Shown: piece after piece, positions 16,625-27,218 of the stretch | How positions within the stretch are numbered: position 1 is the first letter of the stretch | Layout of the letters: each line of letters opens with the position of its first letter | Virus record (IMG/VR): IMGVR_UViG_3300026442_000101 | Strand: one strand, 5' to 3' | Length of the DNA stretch: 64,000 nucleotides | Source of the DNA: a virus | Lineage: Duplodnaviria; Caudoviricetes | Program-made: the position numbers and the translations under genes | Notes under the pieces: generated by a model | What the model was told of the DNA's origin: nothing | Databases searched by the model: none | What the model saw: only the letters and a program-made list of their open reading frames with translations

Positions 16625-18349
16625 TCACTGCGAATGCGTCGGGAGACCGGACACACCAAGCTGGAGGTCTCGGCCGCCGGCCAGACGCTTGATCCACTTG
16701 AGGTAGACGGTTTCGCCTTCCGCCAGATCGTTGATGAATGCGATGTCGTTCATCCACTGACCGATCGGCACCTCGACCTGACGCGTCTTCGTAGTAACGA
16801 TGAAGTGCGTAGGTTCTGGGGCCCTGCTCTCGGTTTGCGGATCGTAGAGCGGCTCGCTGGCGTAGAACAACTTGTCGAGCCAGACCGTCTTGTTGGCAGC
16901 ACCGTTCATCACGTTGATGAAGGACATGCCGTTGGTGCTGGCTTTGATGACAGCTTGCAGCTTGTCGCCGTACCAGTCTTTCTGGTTGCCAGCAAAGCGC
17001 AGCTTCCAGTTACTGGAGTTGGCGATACCGCCATCACGCAGCAGCGCGATCTGACTGGACTGAGTATGACGAGCATCGCCGTACTCCACGTCGACAGCTT
17101 TGAGGTTTACGCCGAACGTCAGATGCTGAGTCGAGGTGTATTCCAGACCGTCGAATGGCGAACTCTCTTCGCTGAGTTCGATAGCGCCTTTCGGCACACG
17201 GCGAGCCACCGAACGATTGAGATCGTACAGCCAGTATTCCAAGGCATAGCCAACCACGTTGGATACCCAGGTCGGGAACGCGTACAGCTTGAGGCTGCGA
17301 GCAGGATCTGCTGGCGTACCGATGATCCGGTATTCCTCAGTCACCGCGCCGTTGGCTGTCTCGCCTTGCAGGTAGGAGTATTCCTCCGACTCGCTGAGAG
17401 CGTAAGACAGAATCAGATCATGCGGCGTACCGATGATGGTTGGAGACCAGTACTTCAGACCCAGCAGCTTGAACTTGCCGTTGGCTTCTTCGTCGACCAC
17501 ATCGAGCGTACGCGTGGTACCGTCGATATAGGTGACCTTCGCCCGCAGTGCCAGAGTGGCAACGGTGACGTTGATCGGGACGAGCAGGGTGTTTGGCTCG
17601 GTCTTGGAAAGGTAAGGGCTCAGCAGCTCGATAGAGCGCACCCGCTTCTGACCTTCCGAAGGACGACGAACGAGGTTGGTGTTCATGACCAGCAGTTTTG
17701 CCTTACTGATCATCTGCTCCTGGTCGTTATAGATAACGGCCGTGACGAGCTCACCATCATTCATCGCCTTGCTGGTGTAGCCCATGACCGGCGCCTTGAT
17801 AGCGCGGTTGTTGATCTTCTCGTTACCGACCAGATCCAGAGGAATCAGTTCGTTTACGTAATCGCCGGACTGGTCGTAATAGGCGCTGATGATCTCGCCT
17901 GTCGGGGTGATGTCGATGCCTTTGTAGACCACACACCACTTAGCCTGAGAGCCGTACACATGCAGTGCAGCATGCAGGGCCATGCGGTGAGGGAACACGC
18001 GGGTATCGACGAACAGACGCCAGGCCTCGCTCGGATAGCCAGGACCCACGCCCAACAGGACGTCTTCCACACCGACGTCAGACGCGTCTTTAGGAGGTTC
18101 CCACGACGTGAGGTCGGCCACGAAACTGGTGTAGTCGACGCGAGATACGCGGAACCAACCCAGCTCGAACGACCACGACACGTCATCGACGTTAGGGACG
18201 TAATGACCTTCGCCTTGGACCACATCGCTCCCGTCATCGACGAGACGATACTTGTAGAGGTTCTTGATGTTGAACGAGAGGTTGAGTTCCCGCTCCTGAT
18301 CAGTGATCACATACCCGCCGTCTGGTAGCGGGATGATATTCTCAGCCAT
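16625..18349 (-). CDS. Virion structural protein (phiKZ gp26-like)
   Basis: 574 aa, conserved position between the sheath block and terminase. Confidence 0.75.
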   Translation of the reverse strand: MAENIIPLPDGGYVITDQERELNLSFNIKNLYKYRLVDDGSDVVQGEGHYVPNVDDVSWSFELGWFRVSRVDYTSFVADLTSWEPPKDASDVGVEDVLLGVGPGYPSEAWRLFVDTRVFPHRMALHAALHVYGSQAKWCVVYKGIDITPTGEIISAYYDQSGDYVNELIPLDLVGNEKINNRAIKAPVMGYTSKAMNDGELVTAVIYNDQEQMISKAKLLVMNTNLVRRPSEGQKRVRSIELLSPYLSKTEPNTLLVPINVTVATLALRAKVTYIDGTTRTLDVVDEEANGKFKLLGLKYWSPTIIGTPHDLILSYALSESEEYSYLQGETANGAVTEEYRIIGTPADPARSLKLYAFPTWVSNVVGYALEYWLYDLNRSVARRVPKGAIELSEESSPFDGLEYTSTQHLTFGVNLKAVDVEYGDARHTQSSQIALLRDGGIANSSNWKLRFAGNQKDWYGDKLQAVIKASTNGMSFINVMNGAANKTVWLDKLFYASEPLYDPQTESRAPEPTHFIVTTKTRQVEVPIGQWMNDIAFINDLAEGETVYLKWIKRLAGGRDLQLGVSGLPTHSQ

Positions 18350-18393
18350 AGTCTCTGACTCAATGAGGGGAGGCTAGGCAGCCTCCCGGTTGA

Positions 18394-21015
18394 TTATTCC
18401 CCGACTTCTTCCCACGTCTGGTGCGGGTGCGGATGGTCTTCCATCTCGTGCTGGAAGCCTTCTTCCACGATAACCGTGTGGCGGTTGATCGCGACCTTGT
18501 CGGCAAGGTAGGCTTCGATTGCACGGGTAACGAATCGGAACTGGTAAATGTCCAGCTCGATGACCTCGGTCTCAGGATGTGGTTGGATCATCACGTAATC
18601 CGTGTTCACATCTTTAAGCGCAGGGTCGTACGCCAGGATCCATTCGTAACCCACGAGCTTGGCTTTCACGTCGTTGAGACTGTACTCGCCTTTGAACTCG
18701 TCCATCAGCAAGATGCCGTTGAGCATGTCGTAGATGAGCTTGGCAGTGAACGGACTGAACACCGGATACTTGTTAGGGATCGGGTTCGGCTGAGGTTTCA
18801 CAGGCTCAGGCAGGCCGAGGGTCAGGTAGTCTTCGACTTCCTTATCGATCACTTCAGACTTGGCTTTCAGCGCATAGGTATCGCCATTGGTGACGCCAGC
18901 CATTGGGATCACTGGGTTGGAGATCTGGTAAGGCGTGCCGTTGGCAACCTCAACCGTCAGCGTGGTTTTGTCTTCAACAAAGCCCACCTCTTCCCGAGTA
19001 AACAGCTGACCGCCGACCACGATACGGCAAACCTTATCGTCACGTACGTTGAAGCGAGAGTTTCGGCTCAGCTCATTGTACTTGACAAAGCCTACGTCCT
19101 TAGCCTTCTCAAGCTGCAAGTCCTTGTCGCAGAAGCCACGACCACGAACCACAACCGTCTGCAGGGAACCAGGCTTCAGGAACACCTTGTTCACGATGCA
19201 GACTTCAGGCCACTGGACGTAATAGTCGATGTCCTCGATCAGACTGAAGCCGTTGAGGAATACATCGAGCTGCCCAGGAGGAATATCCATGACCGTAGTC
19301 ACAGGCACCCGACCACCACGCACCTCTTGCACGTTGACGGTAAACGCCAACAGATCGTCCCGGTAGTTCAGTTCGATCGTAGAAGCCAGGAAGTCTTTCG
19401 AACTCTTGACCGCAGTGTGGAAGCGGGCTGGGTTGACGCTCCAGGTAACGACGTCTCCTGCAACCGTGTAGTAATCGGTATCACCGGTTACATCTTTCCA
19501 GTCATTCTGACTGACACCGTTGTAGATGTTGCTGACGTAGAACCTGTAGTCGACACCCTTCTCAAGGACCTGACTCGGCGTATCGTACTTGGTGCAGAGA
19601 CCAACACCACCCTTACCGATGAACGCTTCCACGTACTTGGTAGTCGCGTTACGCACCGGATACTCGATCGAGTAGTCATGCGGATACCAACCCAACAGGA
19701 CACCGGCTGCGTTGTACTCGAACACCGTGGAACGGTAGGTGAGACTGAATGGCAGAGTGACCCACCCAGTGCCGTCTACGTACTTGATCGGCGTATCGCC
19801 AATGAGGCGACTGATCGCATTGTAGCCGTAAGCGTCTTCGACAGCCTGACGAGTGATCCCCGTCATGGTTTCGCCAAAGAGCTTGACGTACGGACTGTTC
19901 TCCAGCGCCGATGCTTTCCACACCGAGACGTTGGCAGTCTGACCGATCATCGCTTTGAGACGCTTAGCCTCAGGTAGCTTGAACAGCTCCTTGATGCGCC
20001 CATTCTCATCGACTAGCTTACGATCCCAGCCGGACTTACGCACGATCACCTCGATCCGAAGATCTTGGTTCCAGTACCAACCGTCGGGACTGTCGTCAAC
20101 ATAACCACGCAGGAACGCCGACGGAATCGAGAAGTCACGGTGAGTGACGTTCCTGATCGACATGTCGAAGTTCTGGTTGTAGTAGACGCCACTGTACTTA
20201 GCCGCCAACTCGTAGTTGAGCAGGTAGATGTCGACATCGTCTTTGAAGTCGATGGTGGTGCCAAGACCTGGCCGAGGGATCAGGTACTTGGTCTGGTTGT
20301 CGCGGATACTCTCGAACGACAGCAGTGACTTGGTCTTGATCTCGAGCACTTCTTTGACAGAGGAGTCGTAGTAGTATTCGATCACATCGCCAAGCTTGAG
20401 CGTCGTGAGGTTGAGGTCACGCACCCGCCGACCGTTGACGAATGCCCAAGCATAACCAGGCTTGGTTTTCGCATCACGCCAGAACACTTGGAACTGGTAG
20501 AACTCAGCTTCGGTAGTGGGGGTCATGCCCTGCACATCGATGCCGCCGTTCATCGGCCCAAGCTTACCGTCGAAGTAAGCGTTACTGCGCCACCGCACCC
20601 ACGGCTGGACGTCACCGAGGTGAGCGATCTTAGGCGTGTGCTTGATCGCAATGACCAGAGCGCCTTTACCGGTATAAAGGAAATAGGTGCGATGCAGCGG
20701 GAAGTGCAGACCGTTCTTGATGTACACGTCGATCAGCAACGAAGTGCTGACGCAGTGCGCACGGGCCGATACCCACTTATCCTTGATGGTATTCATCCCA
20801 ACCAACTCAGGCGGGAGATCACCAATCATGAAGACGTGGTACCACTCACTTGGAGTCGGAAGGTTCCACGAACGCATGCCAATTTTGATGTTGCCGATCG
20901 CGCCTGCTCGCTTGCTAATGCGCTGGGGACCGATGATGTGTTGACGGTCCTGCCCCGGCGCGCACCAAACGTTGTGATAAGCGTGATCAACCAGGAAGTC
21001 GGTTGAGCTGACCAT
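18394..21015 (-). CDS. Virion structural protein, probably baseplate (phiKZ gp27-like)
   Basis: 873 aa, N-terminal NVWCAPGQDRQ, beta-rich, synteny. Confidence 0.75.
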   Translation of the reverse strand: MVSSTDFLVDHAYHNVWCAPGQDRQHIIGPQRISKRAGAIGNIKIGMRSWNLPTPSEWYHVFMIGDLPPELVGMNTIKDKWVSARAHCVSTSLLIDVYIKNGLHFPLHRTYFLYTGKGALVIAIKHTPKIAHLGDVQPWVRWRSNAYFDGKLGPMNGGIDVQGMTPTTEAEFYQFQVFWRDAKTKPGYAWAFVNGRRVRDLNLTTLKLGDVIEYYYDSSVKEVLEIKTKSLLSFESIRDNQTKYLIPRPGLGTTIDFKDDVDIYLLNYELAAKYSGVYYNQNFDMSIRNVTHRDFSIPSAFLRGYVDDSPDGWYWNQDLRIEVIVRKSGWDRKLVDENGRIKELFKLPEAKRLKAMIGQTANVSVWKASALENSPYVKLFGETMTGITRQAVEDAYGYNAISRLIGDTPIKYVDGTGWVTLPFSLTYRSTVFEYNAAGVLLGWYPHDYSIEYPVRNATTKYVEAFIGKGGVGLCTKYDTPSQVLEKGVDYRFYVSNIYNGVSQNDWKDVTGDTDYYTVAGDVVTWSVNPARFHTAVKSSKDFLASTIELNYRDDLLAFTVNVQEVRGGRVPVTTVMDIPPGQLDVFLNGFSLIEDIDYYVQWPEVCIVNKVFLKPGSLQTVVVRGRGFCDKDLQLEKAKDVGFVKYNELSRNSRFNVRDDKVCRIVVGGQLFTREEVGFVEDKTTLTVEVANGTPYQISNPVIPMAGVTNGDTYALKAKSEVIDKEVEDYLTLGLPEPVKPQPNPIPNKYPVFSPFTAKLIYDMLNGILLMDEFKGEYSLNDVKAKLVGYEWILAYDPALKDVNTDYVMIQPHPETEVIELDIYQFRFVTRAIEAYLADKVAINRHTVIVEEGFQHEMEDHPHPHQTWEEVGE

Positions 21016-21018
21016 GTA

Positions 21019-21930
21019 TTACCTCTTACCCATGAGGTGGTTCATTTGCTTGAGGAATTCTTTGTCGTTACCTTGCTTGACCACGCGCTCGATCACCTTA
21101 CCGAGACCGGTTTTGGTGTAGCTGTGTTCTTCGACGGTCTTGTAGACCAGTGCGAGGAAGACGGGCGGGAATTCAAGGGCAACGGCAACGGATTCCCGAT
21201 GAGCGGGACCAAAGGTGTAATCCAACGCACGGTACGCCAGAGGGATGTTCAGCGGTTCAGCACGAGGGCTATCAAGAGCCTTACGCGCCCAATCGATGAA
21301 GTCCTTCAGGTTGTTCAGTCGAGGGATCTCACCCAGGATACCGCCGAGGGTCATCGAATCGACACCTGGGATATAACGGGCCGCACGAACGACCAGCCTG
21401 TCGATGTCATCCTGCGAAGGATTCAGCGGCAGCGGATCAAACAGCTGGATGTAGTAAACAGCAACAAGCGCTCGGAAGAACGACGTCTGACCGAAATCAA
21501 GACTCAGGCGTTGAGACAGCGACATGCCAAACCAGCTGATGAATACCTTGGCAGGAAACTCGCCGAGGTTCAGCATGTCCTTGCGCATCGAAGGACCTTC
21601 ATTCAGCCAAGCGGCGGTGAGGTCAGCAATGCGCACTGCATGGTTGTAGGCATCTTCTTTTGCTGGTCGACCGTCTTGACGCAGCAAAGAACGGCCGTCG
21701 ATCACGGCAGGAGTTTGAAGGCCGACGTTGTACTTCTCAGCTTCCACCCGGGTGATCGGTTGGAGGAAAGGGAGCATGTCGGTCACACCCGGCGGAACGA
21801 CCTTCACACCGTAGACACTTCCGACTGCTGGTAGCAGTTCTTCGTTGATTTCCAGACGACGGATAGCAGTCAACGTTTTGGAGAGATCGAAACGCGAACA
21901 CGGGCTTGTCTGGTATGGGGTGTCGAACAT
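21019..21930 (-). CDS. Virion structural protein (phiKZ gp28-like)
   Basis: 303 aa, starts MFDTPYQT, divergent from the sheath gene. Confidence 0.7.
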   Translation of the reverse strand: MFDTPYQTSPCSRFDLSKTLTAIRRLEINEELLPAVGSVYGVKVVPPGVTDMLPFLQPITRVEAEKYNVGLQTPAVIDGRSLLRQDGRPAKEDAYNHAVRIADLTAAWLNEGPSMRKDMLNLGEFPAKVFISWFGMSLSQRLSLDFGQTSFFRALVAVYYIQLFDPLPLNPSQDDIDRLVVRAARYIPGVDSMTLGGILGEIPRLNNLKDFIDWARKALDSPRAEPLNIPLAYRALDYTFGPAHRESVAVALEFPPVFLALVYKTVEEHSYTKTGLGKVIERVVKQGNDKEFLKQMNHLMGKR

Positions 21931-22082
21931 AGTTCGCCTCTCCTACTTATGTGAGTTAAAAGTTACAATTCATCGTTATGGAAGAAATAAAATAGTATGC
22001 TTACTCCGGCAAATGCGCCGAAGTTGGCTGACCATACCATTCCTCGACGTTCTGCGCAGAACATGCTCCTGGGAGTAACACC

Positions 22083-24155
22083 ATGCCTGTAAGCGCCCTC
22101 AGCTCTTTGCCCCGCACCAACTTCCGGGGCATTCGAGATGACTCGCCGGTCAACGTGGCAATGCCCGTTGAATCGTTGCCGATTCGTCTCCCGCTCTTCA
22201 TGGGCTTCGCGCCATGGGGTAGCTACGCTTCCGCCGGTTATGTAAACGCCGCCGGTCTGCAGCTGCTCAATGGTTCGGATGTTATCAATCCGAAGTCGAA
22301 GTTCTTCACCCACCAGAGCCAGTTCCTCCGCTCGCACTTCACCGCCGGCGGCACTGCGCTGTTCCTGCGACTGAAGGCGCCAGGCGCCAAGCAGGCTACC
22401 TTCCGTCTTGCGATCGATCTGGTCGCCGACAAGGTGCCTCTGTTCGAGCGTAATGGCGATAACAGCCTGAAGCTCGATGCCGACGGCAACAAGATCCCGA
22501 CCGGTGAAACCACCGACGGCTTCCGTGCCCAATGGCGCTGGGTCCCTGTGACTCTCGGCACCGACGGCACCTTCACTTTCGGCTCCGGCGCGAAGGCGGA
22601 AGGTAAGCTGGTCTCCACCATCGACGGTACCGTCTCCGAAACCATCCCCGTCCTGGACGGCCTGGCTCGTTGGGAAGGTGCTCGCGGTAACAACATCGGC
22701 TTCCGTCTGCACGCGCCTACCGTCGCCAGCACTGATCCTGCCGACGAAGATCTGCAAAACGAACTGGGCTCGTTCCTGTATCGTCTTCAGGTCGTTGAGC
22801 GTGACAGCGCCGTCAGCAGCGCGCAACTCAAGCGCACTCTGCAAAGCGAAAGCTACGTGGACTTCTCGTTCAAACAGGGCACCATCAACCTGGCGACCGA
22901 GAAGCAGTACTACGCCGGTAAGGTGATCAAGCCTGCGTACGAATCCACCAACCCGGCTGCCTTCACCGGTTACGGCCCTGTCGAGAAGCTGGCTGTCTAT
23001 GACGCCAACATCCTCGAAACCCTGACCAAGCTGGCCGCTTGCGAAAGCGACTACACCACCGAAGAGATCGCCGATCCGCACCTGTTCAACTTCCTGACCG
23101 GTGTTGACGTTGCTGGCAACCCGTACCACACTTTCGTGGTGGAAGGTCCGAGCGCCGGTGGTCTGCTGTTCGGTGAGCTGTCCAACCTGTACATGGTTGG
23201 TGGCGACGACGGTACCGTTACCGCTGCTTCGTACAACACTGCCGTTGACGAAGTGCTGGGCAACCTGGCCAACTCCGATGTTCCTTTCAAGGACATCGCC
23301 CGCATGCCATACGACTCGGTGTTCGATTCGGGCTTCCCGCTCGACACCAAGAAGAAGTTCGCCAACTTCCACAACATCCGTCCGGACGTTGTCGTTCACG
23401 CGTGCACCCAGGACGTCAGCAAGTCGCTGAACACCCCGAGCGAGGACTCCTCGATCGCGATCTCCCTGCGTTCGCACTTCCGTGCAATGCAAGAGAGCCA
23501 GGAGTTCGGCACCAAGGCTCTGCGCTTCATGGTGGTCGGCCAGGCCGGTTACCTGATCGAAGACGATTACGACGGCCTGGTGCCGTTCCTCGAATTCCTG
23601 CTGATCCTGGCTACCCGCTACATGGGCGCTGCCAACGGTGAGATGGATTCGACCTACGCCTTCGGCCGTGGTGAGCAGAACGTCGTTACCCGTTACCGCG
23701 ACCACAACGTGGTTACTCGTGACCCGGAAGTTCGCAACAACGACTGGAACAACGGTCTGAACTACACCGAGTACTTCGACATGTCGCGCCTGTTCTGGGC
23801 CGGCCTGCAGTCGATCTACGAGGACCACACCTCGGTGCTGCACGGTTACATCAACGTGTGCATCGCGTGCAACCTGACCCGCATCGGCCACATTACCTGG
23901 CGCGAACTCTCGGGCGACTCGCAGCTGACCGACGATCAGTTCCTGGATGAAGTGACGGCTCGCGTTACCCGCCGCACCGCCGGTAAGTACGACAACCGCG
24001 TGGACATCACTCCGCGTGCGTACTTCACCGACCAGGACGAGGCTTTGGGCTTCCCATGGCACCTGGATATCGGCATGGCGGGTGACAACATCCGTACTGT
24101 CGAGAACCTCGCGGTTATCGCCAGCCGTCGCCGCGTACTCGAGGAGACCATCTAA
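22083..24155 (+). CDS. Tail sheath protein (phiKZ gp29-like)
   Basis: 690 aa, strong codon bias, sheath-type C-terminus (YDSVFDSGF...KYDNRVDITP), precedes the tube gene. Confidence 0.88.
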   Translation: MPVSALSSLPRTNFRGIRDDSPVNVAMPVESLPIRLPLFMGFAPWGSYASAGYVNAAGLQLLNGSDVINPKSKFFTHQSQFLRSHFTAGGTALFLRLKAPGAKQATFRLAIDLVADKVPLFERNGDNSLKLDADGNKIPTGETTDGFRAQWRWVPVTLGTDGTFTFGSGAKAEGKLVSTIDGTVSETIPVLDGLARWEGARGNNIGFRLHAPTVASTDPADEDLQNELGSFLYRLQVVERDSAVSSAQLKRTLQSESYVDFSFKQGTINLATEKQYYAGKVIKPAYESTNPAAFTGYGPVEKLAVYDANILETLTKLAACESDYTTEEIADPHLFNFLTGVDVAGNPYHTFVVEGPSAGGLLFGELSNLYMVGGDDGTVTAASYNTAVDEVLGNLANSDVPFKDIARMPYDSVFDSGFPLDTKKKFANFHNIRPDVVVHACTQDVSKSLNTPSEDSSIAISLRSHFRAMQESQEFGTKALRFMVVGQAGYLIEDDYDGLVPFLEFLLILATRYMGAANGEMDSTYAFGRGEQNVVTRYRDHNVVTRDPEVRNNDWNNGLNYTEYFDMSRLFWAGLQSIYEDHTSVLHGYINVCIACNLTRIGHITWRELSGDSQLTDDQFLDEVTARVTRRTAGKYDNRVDITPRAYFTDQDEALGFPWHLDIGMAGDNIRTVENLAVIASRRRVLEETI

Positions 24156-25019
24156 ATGGGTCGTTATTCGGAAACTCATCAGAACAAAGGCTACGCGAAG
24201 AACGCCCTGCCGCCAGTTCTGAACATGGGGGTGCAAGGTAACCAAGGTTACCTCACCGAAATGCAATACTACCCGTCGGCCACGGACTACATCCGTAAGC
24301 CGCTGATCATCAAGGTGCTGCAAGCGCCGGCTGGTTTGATGATGCTGCCGAACGGGTCGGCCTACGTGGCCGCGTACAAGAACCTCATCGAGAACTGGAT
24401 GCAGTCCTGGCAGGGCTTCAACCGTACTCTCAGCGTGAACACCCAGGAAACTCAGCTGGGTAACGCTGGTGAGGTCTTCCAGACCCCTGCTCGCGTAGCG
24501 CGTGCTCGTTCTCAGATCAGCTCCACTGTGGTCGAGAAGGACAACATGCCAGTCATCCGCTTCCTGGAAGACATGGTGCGCTACCTGATCATGGATCCGG
24601 ATACCGGCCACCCTCTCCTGAGCGGCGTGTCCGAACAGTTCACTGACCAGCTGGCCGACATCTATGGCGGCACCATCCTGGCCTGGGAACCGGACAAGAC
24701 CTTCAAGAAGGTGCAGAAGGCTTGGCTCATCACCAACTTCTGGCCACACCAGGATATCGGTGAAAACACCGGTACCCGCCAGCTGCAGACTGATGGTGAG
24801 ACTCTCACCTACAACCTGAACTGGACTGGTTGGCAGAAGGTTGGTTACGCGGTCGATAAGCTCGCCCAGGGCTTCATGGACGCTGTTCGCGTAACCGGCA
24901 TCGATCCACAATACCAGAAGAACTTCATCGAGGCCGTCGACAGCAACGTCGCAGCGATCTCGCAGAGTGGTTACCAAGAGCAGATCACGCTGGTCAAGCG
25001 TGGCCTCGTTCAGCCGTAA
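24156..25019 (+). CDS. Tail tube protein (phiKZ gp30-like)
   Basis: 287 aa abutting the sheath stop, strong codon bias. Confidence 0.82.
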   Translation: MGRYSETHQNKGYAKNALPPVLNMGVQGNQGYLTEMQYYPSATDYIRKPLIIKVLQAPAGLMMLPNGSAYVAAYKNLIENWMQSWQGFNRTLSVNTQETQLGNAGEVFQTPARVARARSQISSTVVEKDNMPVIRFLEDMVRYLIMDPDTGHPLLSGVSEQFTDQLADIYGGTILAWEPDKTFKKVQKAWLITNFWPHQDIGENTGTRQLQTDGETLTYNLNWTGWQKVGYAVDKLAQGFMDAVRVTGIDPQYQKNFIEAVDSNVAAISQSGYQEQITLVKRGLVQP

Positions 25020-25027
25020 CCCTGGTA

Positions 25028-25073
25028 GGAATACGGGTGCCCTTCGGGGTACCCGCATCCCGTTGATCTATGC
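25028..25073 (+). terminator. Terminator hairpin after the tube gene
   Basis: UUCG-capped stem followed by CTATGC, without a U-run. Confidence 0.65.
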
Positions 25074-25093
25074 CTGATACTGGGAGTAGCACA

Positions 25094-25414
25094 ATGCCAG
25101 CACACCAGCCATTACTATTAGATGCGTTGCGAGAACTGGAAGGTGATCTGAGTCATTACGGTGTACGTAGTGGCGCTATCATCTACAAGGACTCAGCAAA
25201 CGTACCAGAGGGCGCCGGTAAGGTTTACGACGCCATCGCAAAGCTCGGTTCGGTTATCCACTTTAGCCAGAACTGTGTAGATGGTCGCTTTGTCGAAGGA
25301 AGCGATTATCGCCTCGAAACAATTTCAATGACCGGGGAGGTCATGATCAACACCCTCGTGGGTAAGTTGGTCATCCCGCGAGGGACGCGCCTGCACTTCA
25401 TGTCCAAGCGCTAA
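25094..25414 (+). CDS. Hypothetical protein
   Basis: Start MPAHQ with GGGAG SD. Confidence 0.65.
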   Translation: MPAHQPLLLDALRELEGDLSHYGVRSGAIIYKDSANVPEGAGKVYDAIAKLGSVIHFSQNCVDGRFVEGSDYRLETISMTGEVMINTLVGKLVIPRGTRLHFMSKR

Positions 25415-25420
25415 TGCGGC

Positions 25421-25470
25421 AAAAAAAAAGAAAGGTAAGAGACCCGGGCGTTTGCCCGGGTCTCTATGCC
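25421..25470. terminator. Bidirectional terminator
   Basis: A-run, 12-bp stem agagacccgggc/gcccgggtctct, with TATGCC overlapping the right arm. Confidence 0.75.
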
Positions 25471-25472
25471 GC

Positions 25473-26216
25473 TTACACGGTAATGCCGAACTCGGTCATC
25501 GCTTCGCGCAGACGACGGACATCAGCATTGATAAACTCGTTACGATCGTTGGCGATCTTGGCGAAGTCATCAACATCTTTGTCGCGAAGCACGGTCAGGA
25601 TTGCCAACTGCTCTTCGTCACGCAGTCGCTTGAACGCGGGAATCTTTTCACGCAGAGCGCTCAGACGGTTGTGGGTGATCGCTTGCGCTTGGTCGAGGAG
25701 GTTGACGGTGTGTTCGTCATCAACGCCTTCGATAACTTCCTCAGGGACATGGACACGGAAGTACGACGTACCATTCTGCGGCATACGACGGTCTTTGTTC
25801 TTCACGGTCCAGATTGGAGAACCCCAGATCACCACATCGAGTTCTTGCTCGATGTTACTGTACTCGTCGCCAGCGGCCAGCTGGCGTTTCATGTTGGAGA
25901 AGTACTTGTTGTAGATGCGGTGCTGATTGAAGCTGATCCAGTCCCAAGGGGTGAAGTGATCTTTAGGATTCTCGAGGAACGCTTTATCCTCGTCGTCGAG
26001 CACGACCACGAAGGTGATGTCCCGATTGAAGTCGCGGAACTCACGGCTGTAATGATAGCCTGGGTCGACGAAGAAGGTCTTCGCGCTCAGGTCGTGTTCA
26101 TTACCAAGACGGTAAGCTGTCTCCTTATCGTAGACGACGATAAGTGCCGCCGTCTCGATGAGGGTGTTCTGATACTTAGGAAAGTTCTTCCAAGCGTTGA
26201 TGTATTCAGGTGTCAT
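25473..26216 (-). CDS. Hypothetical protein
   Basis: Start moved to MTPEY (ATGA-coupled to the phosphatase gene). Confidence 0.7.
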   Translation of the reverse strand: MTPEYINAWKNFPKYQNTLIETAALIVVYDKETAYRLGNEHDLSAKTFFVDPGYHYSREFRDFNRDITFVVVLDDEDKAFLENPKDHFTPWDWISFNQHRIYNKYFSNMKRQLAAGDEYSNIEQELDVVIWGSPIWTVKNKDRRMPQNGTSYFRVHVPEEVIEGVDDEHTVNLLDQAQAITHNRLSALREKIPAFKRLRDEEQLAILTVLRDKDVDDFAKIANDRNEFINADVRRLREAMTEFGITV

Positions 26217-26641
26217 TGCGAAACTCCGATAACCGGTAGGGATTGAATGTAAGCCAACCGGAGAACCCGGTAGACTTCTTTGTTGTACTTGATAAGTGAA
26301 CCAGCGCATGGTTCAGAGAGATCGAGGAAGTATCCCTTGAACTCATTGAGGAACATCGCCACAGCGCAGGAACGACTTACTCCTGCATGACAGTGGATCA
26401 AGATGTCCTCTTCACCGCACTCCTCTAGGAAGCGCAGGATCTTCATTGCGTGCGTGAAGTCGAAGATGTGGTAGGGTGGCCCTAGGTCCTCTTCGATATC
26501 GTCAAATTCGAGCCTCAGGAGGCGTTGGTGGGTGCATGGGAACGTAGGGATGTCCTCCCCACGCTCTCCAATGCTAATTACGTTGGATGGCGTGTTGATA
26601 ACGGTCATCCATAACCGAGATACGAAGGTCGTCTTCTTCAA
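26213..26641 (-). CDS. Protein-tyrosine/dual-specificity phosphatase family protein
   Basis: P-loop IHCHAGVSRS (HCx5R) and upstream FDD acid loop. Confidence 0.88.
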   Translation of the reverse strand: MKKTTFVSRLWMTVINTPSNVISIGERGEDIPTFPCTHQRLLRLEFDDIEEDLGPPYHIFDFTHAMKILRFLEECGEEDILIHCHAGVSRSCAVAMFLNEFKGYFLDLSEPCAGSLIKYNKEVYRVLRLAYIQSLPVIGVSQ

Positions 26642-27129
26642 TCTACGTGTGCCCGGAAGTTGGTGAATCTGGCCGGCATCAAGACCGAGCTGAACTCGTT
26701 AGCCATACGCCAGATCCAATCGCCAGCAGGACAAGCGTCGTCGACACTGACCTCATCGCCGACTGGATCCATGAACTGGTAGATGTGGACACGGAGATCG
26801 TCGAGGAACATGAATGGACTGGCTTTGTTTGGGTCGAGCGCAGTACCTTCAGCCTCGGACATACAGGCCAGCTGATTGATGGTCTTCCAATTACTTACCA
26901 GCAGCATAGTGGAACCGCCATCGGCGGTGATTACCACGCCGATTTCAAACTGATGGACGCTACTACTGATCTTCAGAGCAACGCAGGTACCCTCGCCGAA
27001 CGCGACGGTGTCCTGAGTGATGGTCACGCGATTCTGCTCTCGGTTTTCATCTTCTTCATTGAGCATAGCCAGATGGCTGATGATGTCGGTAGCAACGCTG
27101 AAGTTCTTACGTACTTTGATATCGATCAT
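26638..27129 (-). CDS. Hypothetical protein
   Basis: Start moved to MIDIK (GGGAG SD); ATGA-coupled to the phosphatase gene. Confidence 0.7.
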   Translation of the reverse strand: MIDIKVRKNFSVATDIISHLAMLNEEDENREQNRVTITQDTVAFGEGTCVALKISSSVHQFEIGVVITADGGSTMLLVSNWKTINQLACMSEAEGTALDPNKASPFMFLDDLRVHIYQFMDPVGDEVSVDDACPAGDWIWRMANEFSSVLMPARFTNFRAHVD

Positions 27130-27143
27130 TGGAAGACTCCCAA

Positions 27144-27192
27144 ACAAAAAATAAAGATACAGCATAAAGCCGGGACCGAAGTCCCAGCTTTA
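27144..27192 (-). terminator. Terminator (UUCG loop + TTTATGCTG + T-run)
   Basis: taaagccgggac-cgaa-gtcccagcttta. Confidence 0.7.
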
Positions 27193-27218
27193 CAGGTGAC
27201 GCGGCCGAAGCAGATCGA

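Noticed and set aside
21963-25058. 1031-aa antisense ORF opposite sheath and tube
   Set aside because: Same codon-bias shadow. It crosses the gene boundary only because the tube start abuts the sheath stop in frame.
25415-25435. A-runs (here and at 908, 8642, 27799, 50492) as frameshift or phase-variation sites
   Set aside because: All are intergenic and adjacent to hairpins; they are the U-tracts of minus-strand terminators.
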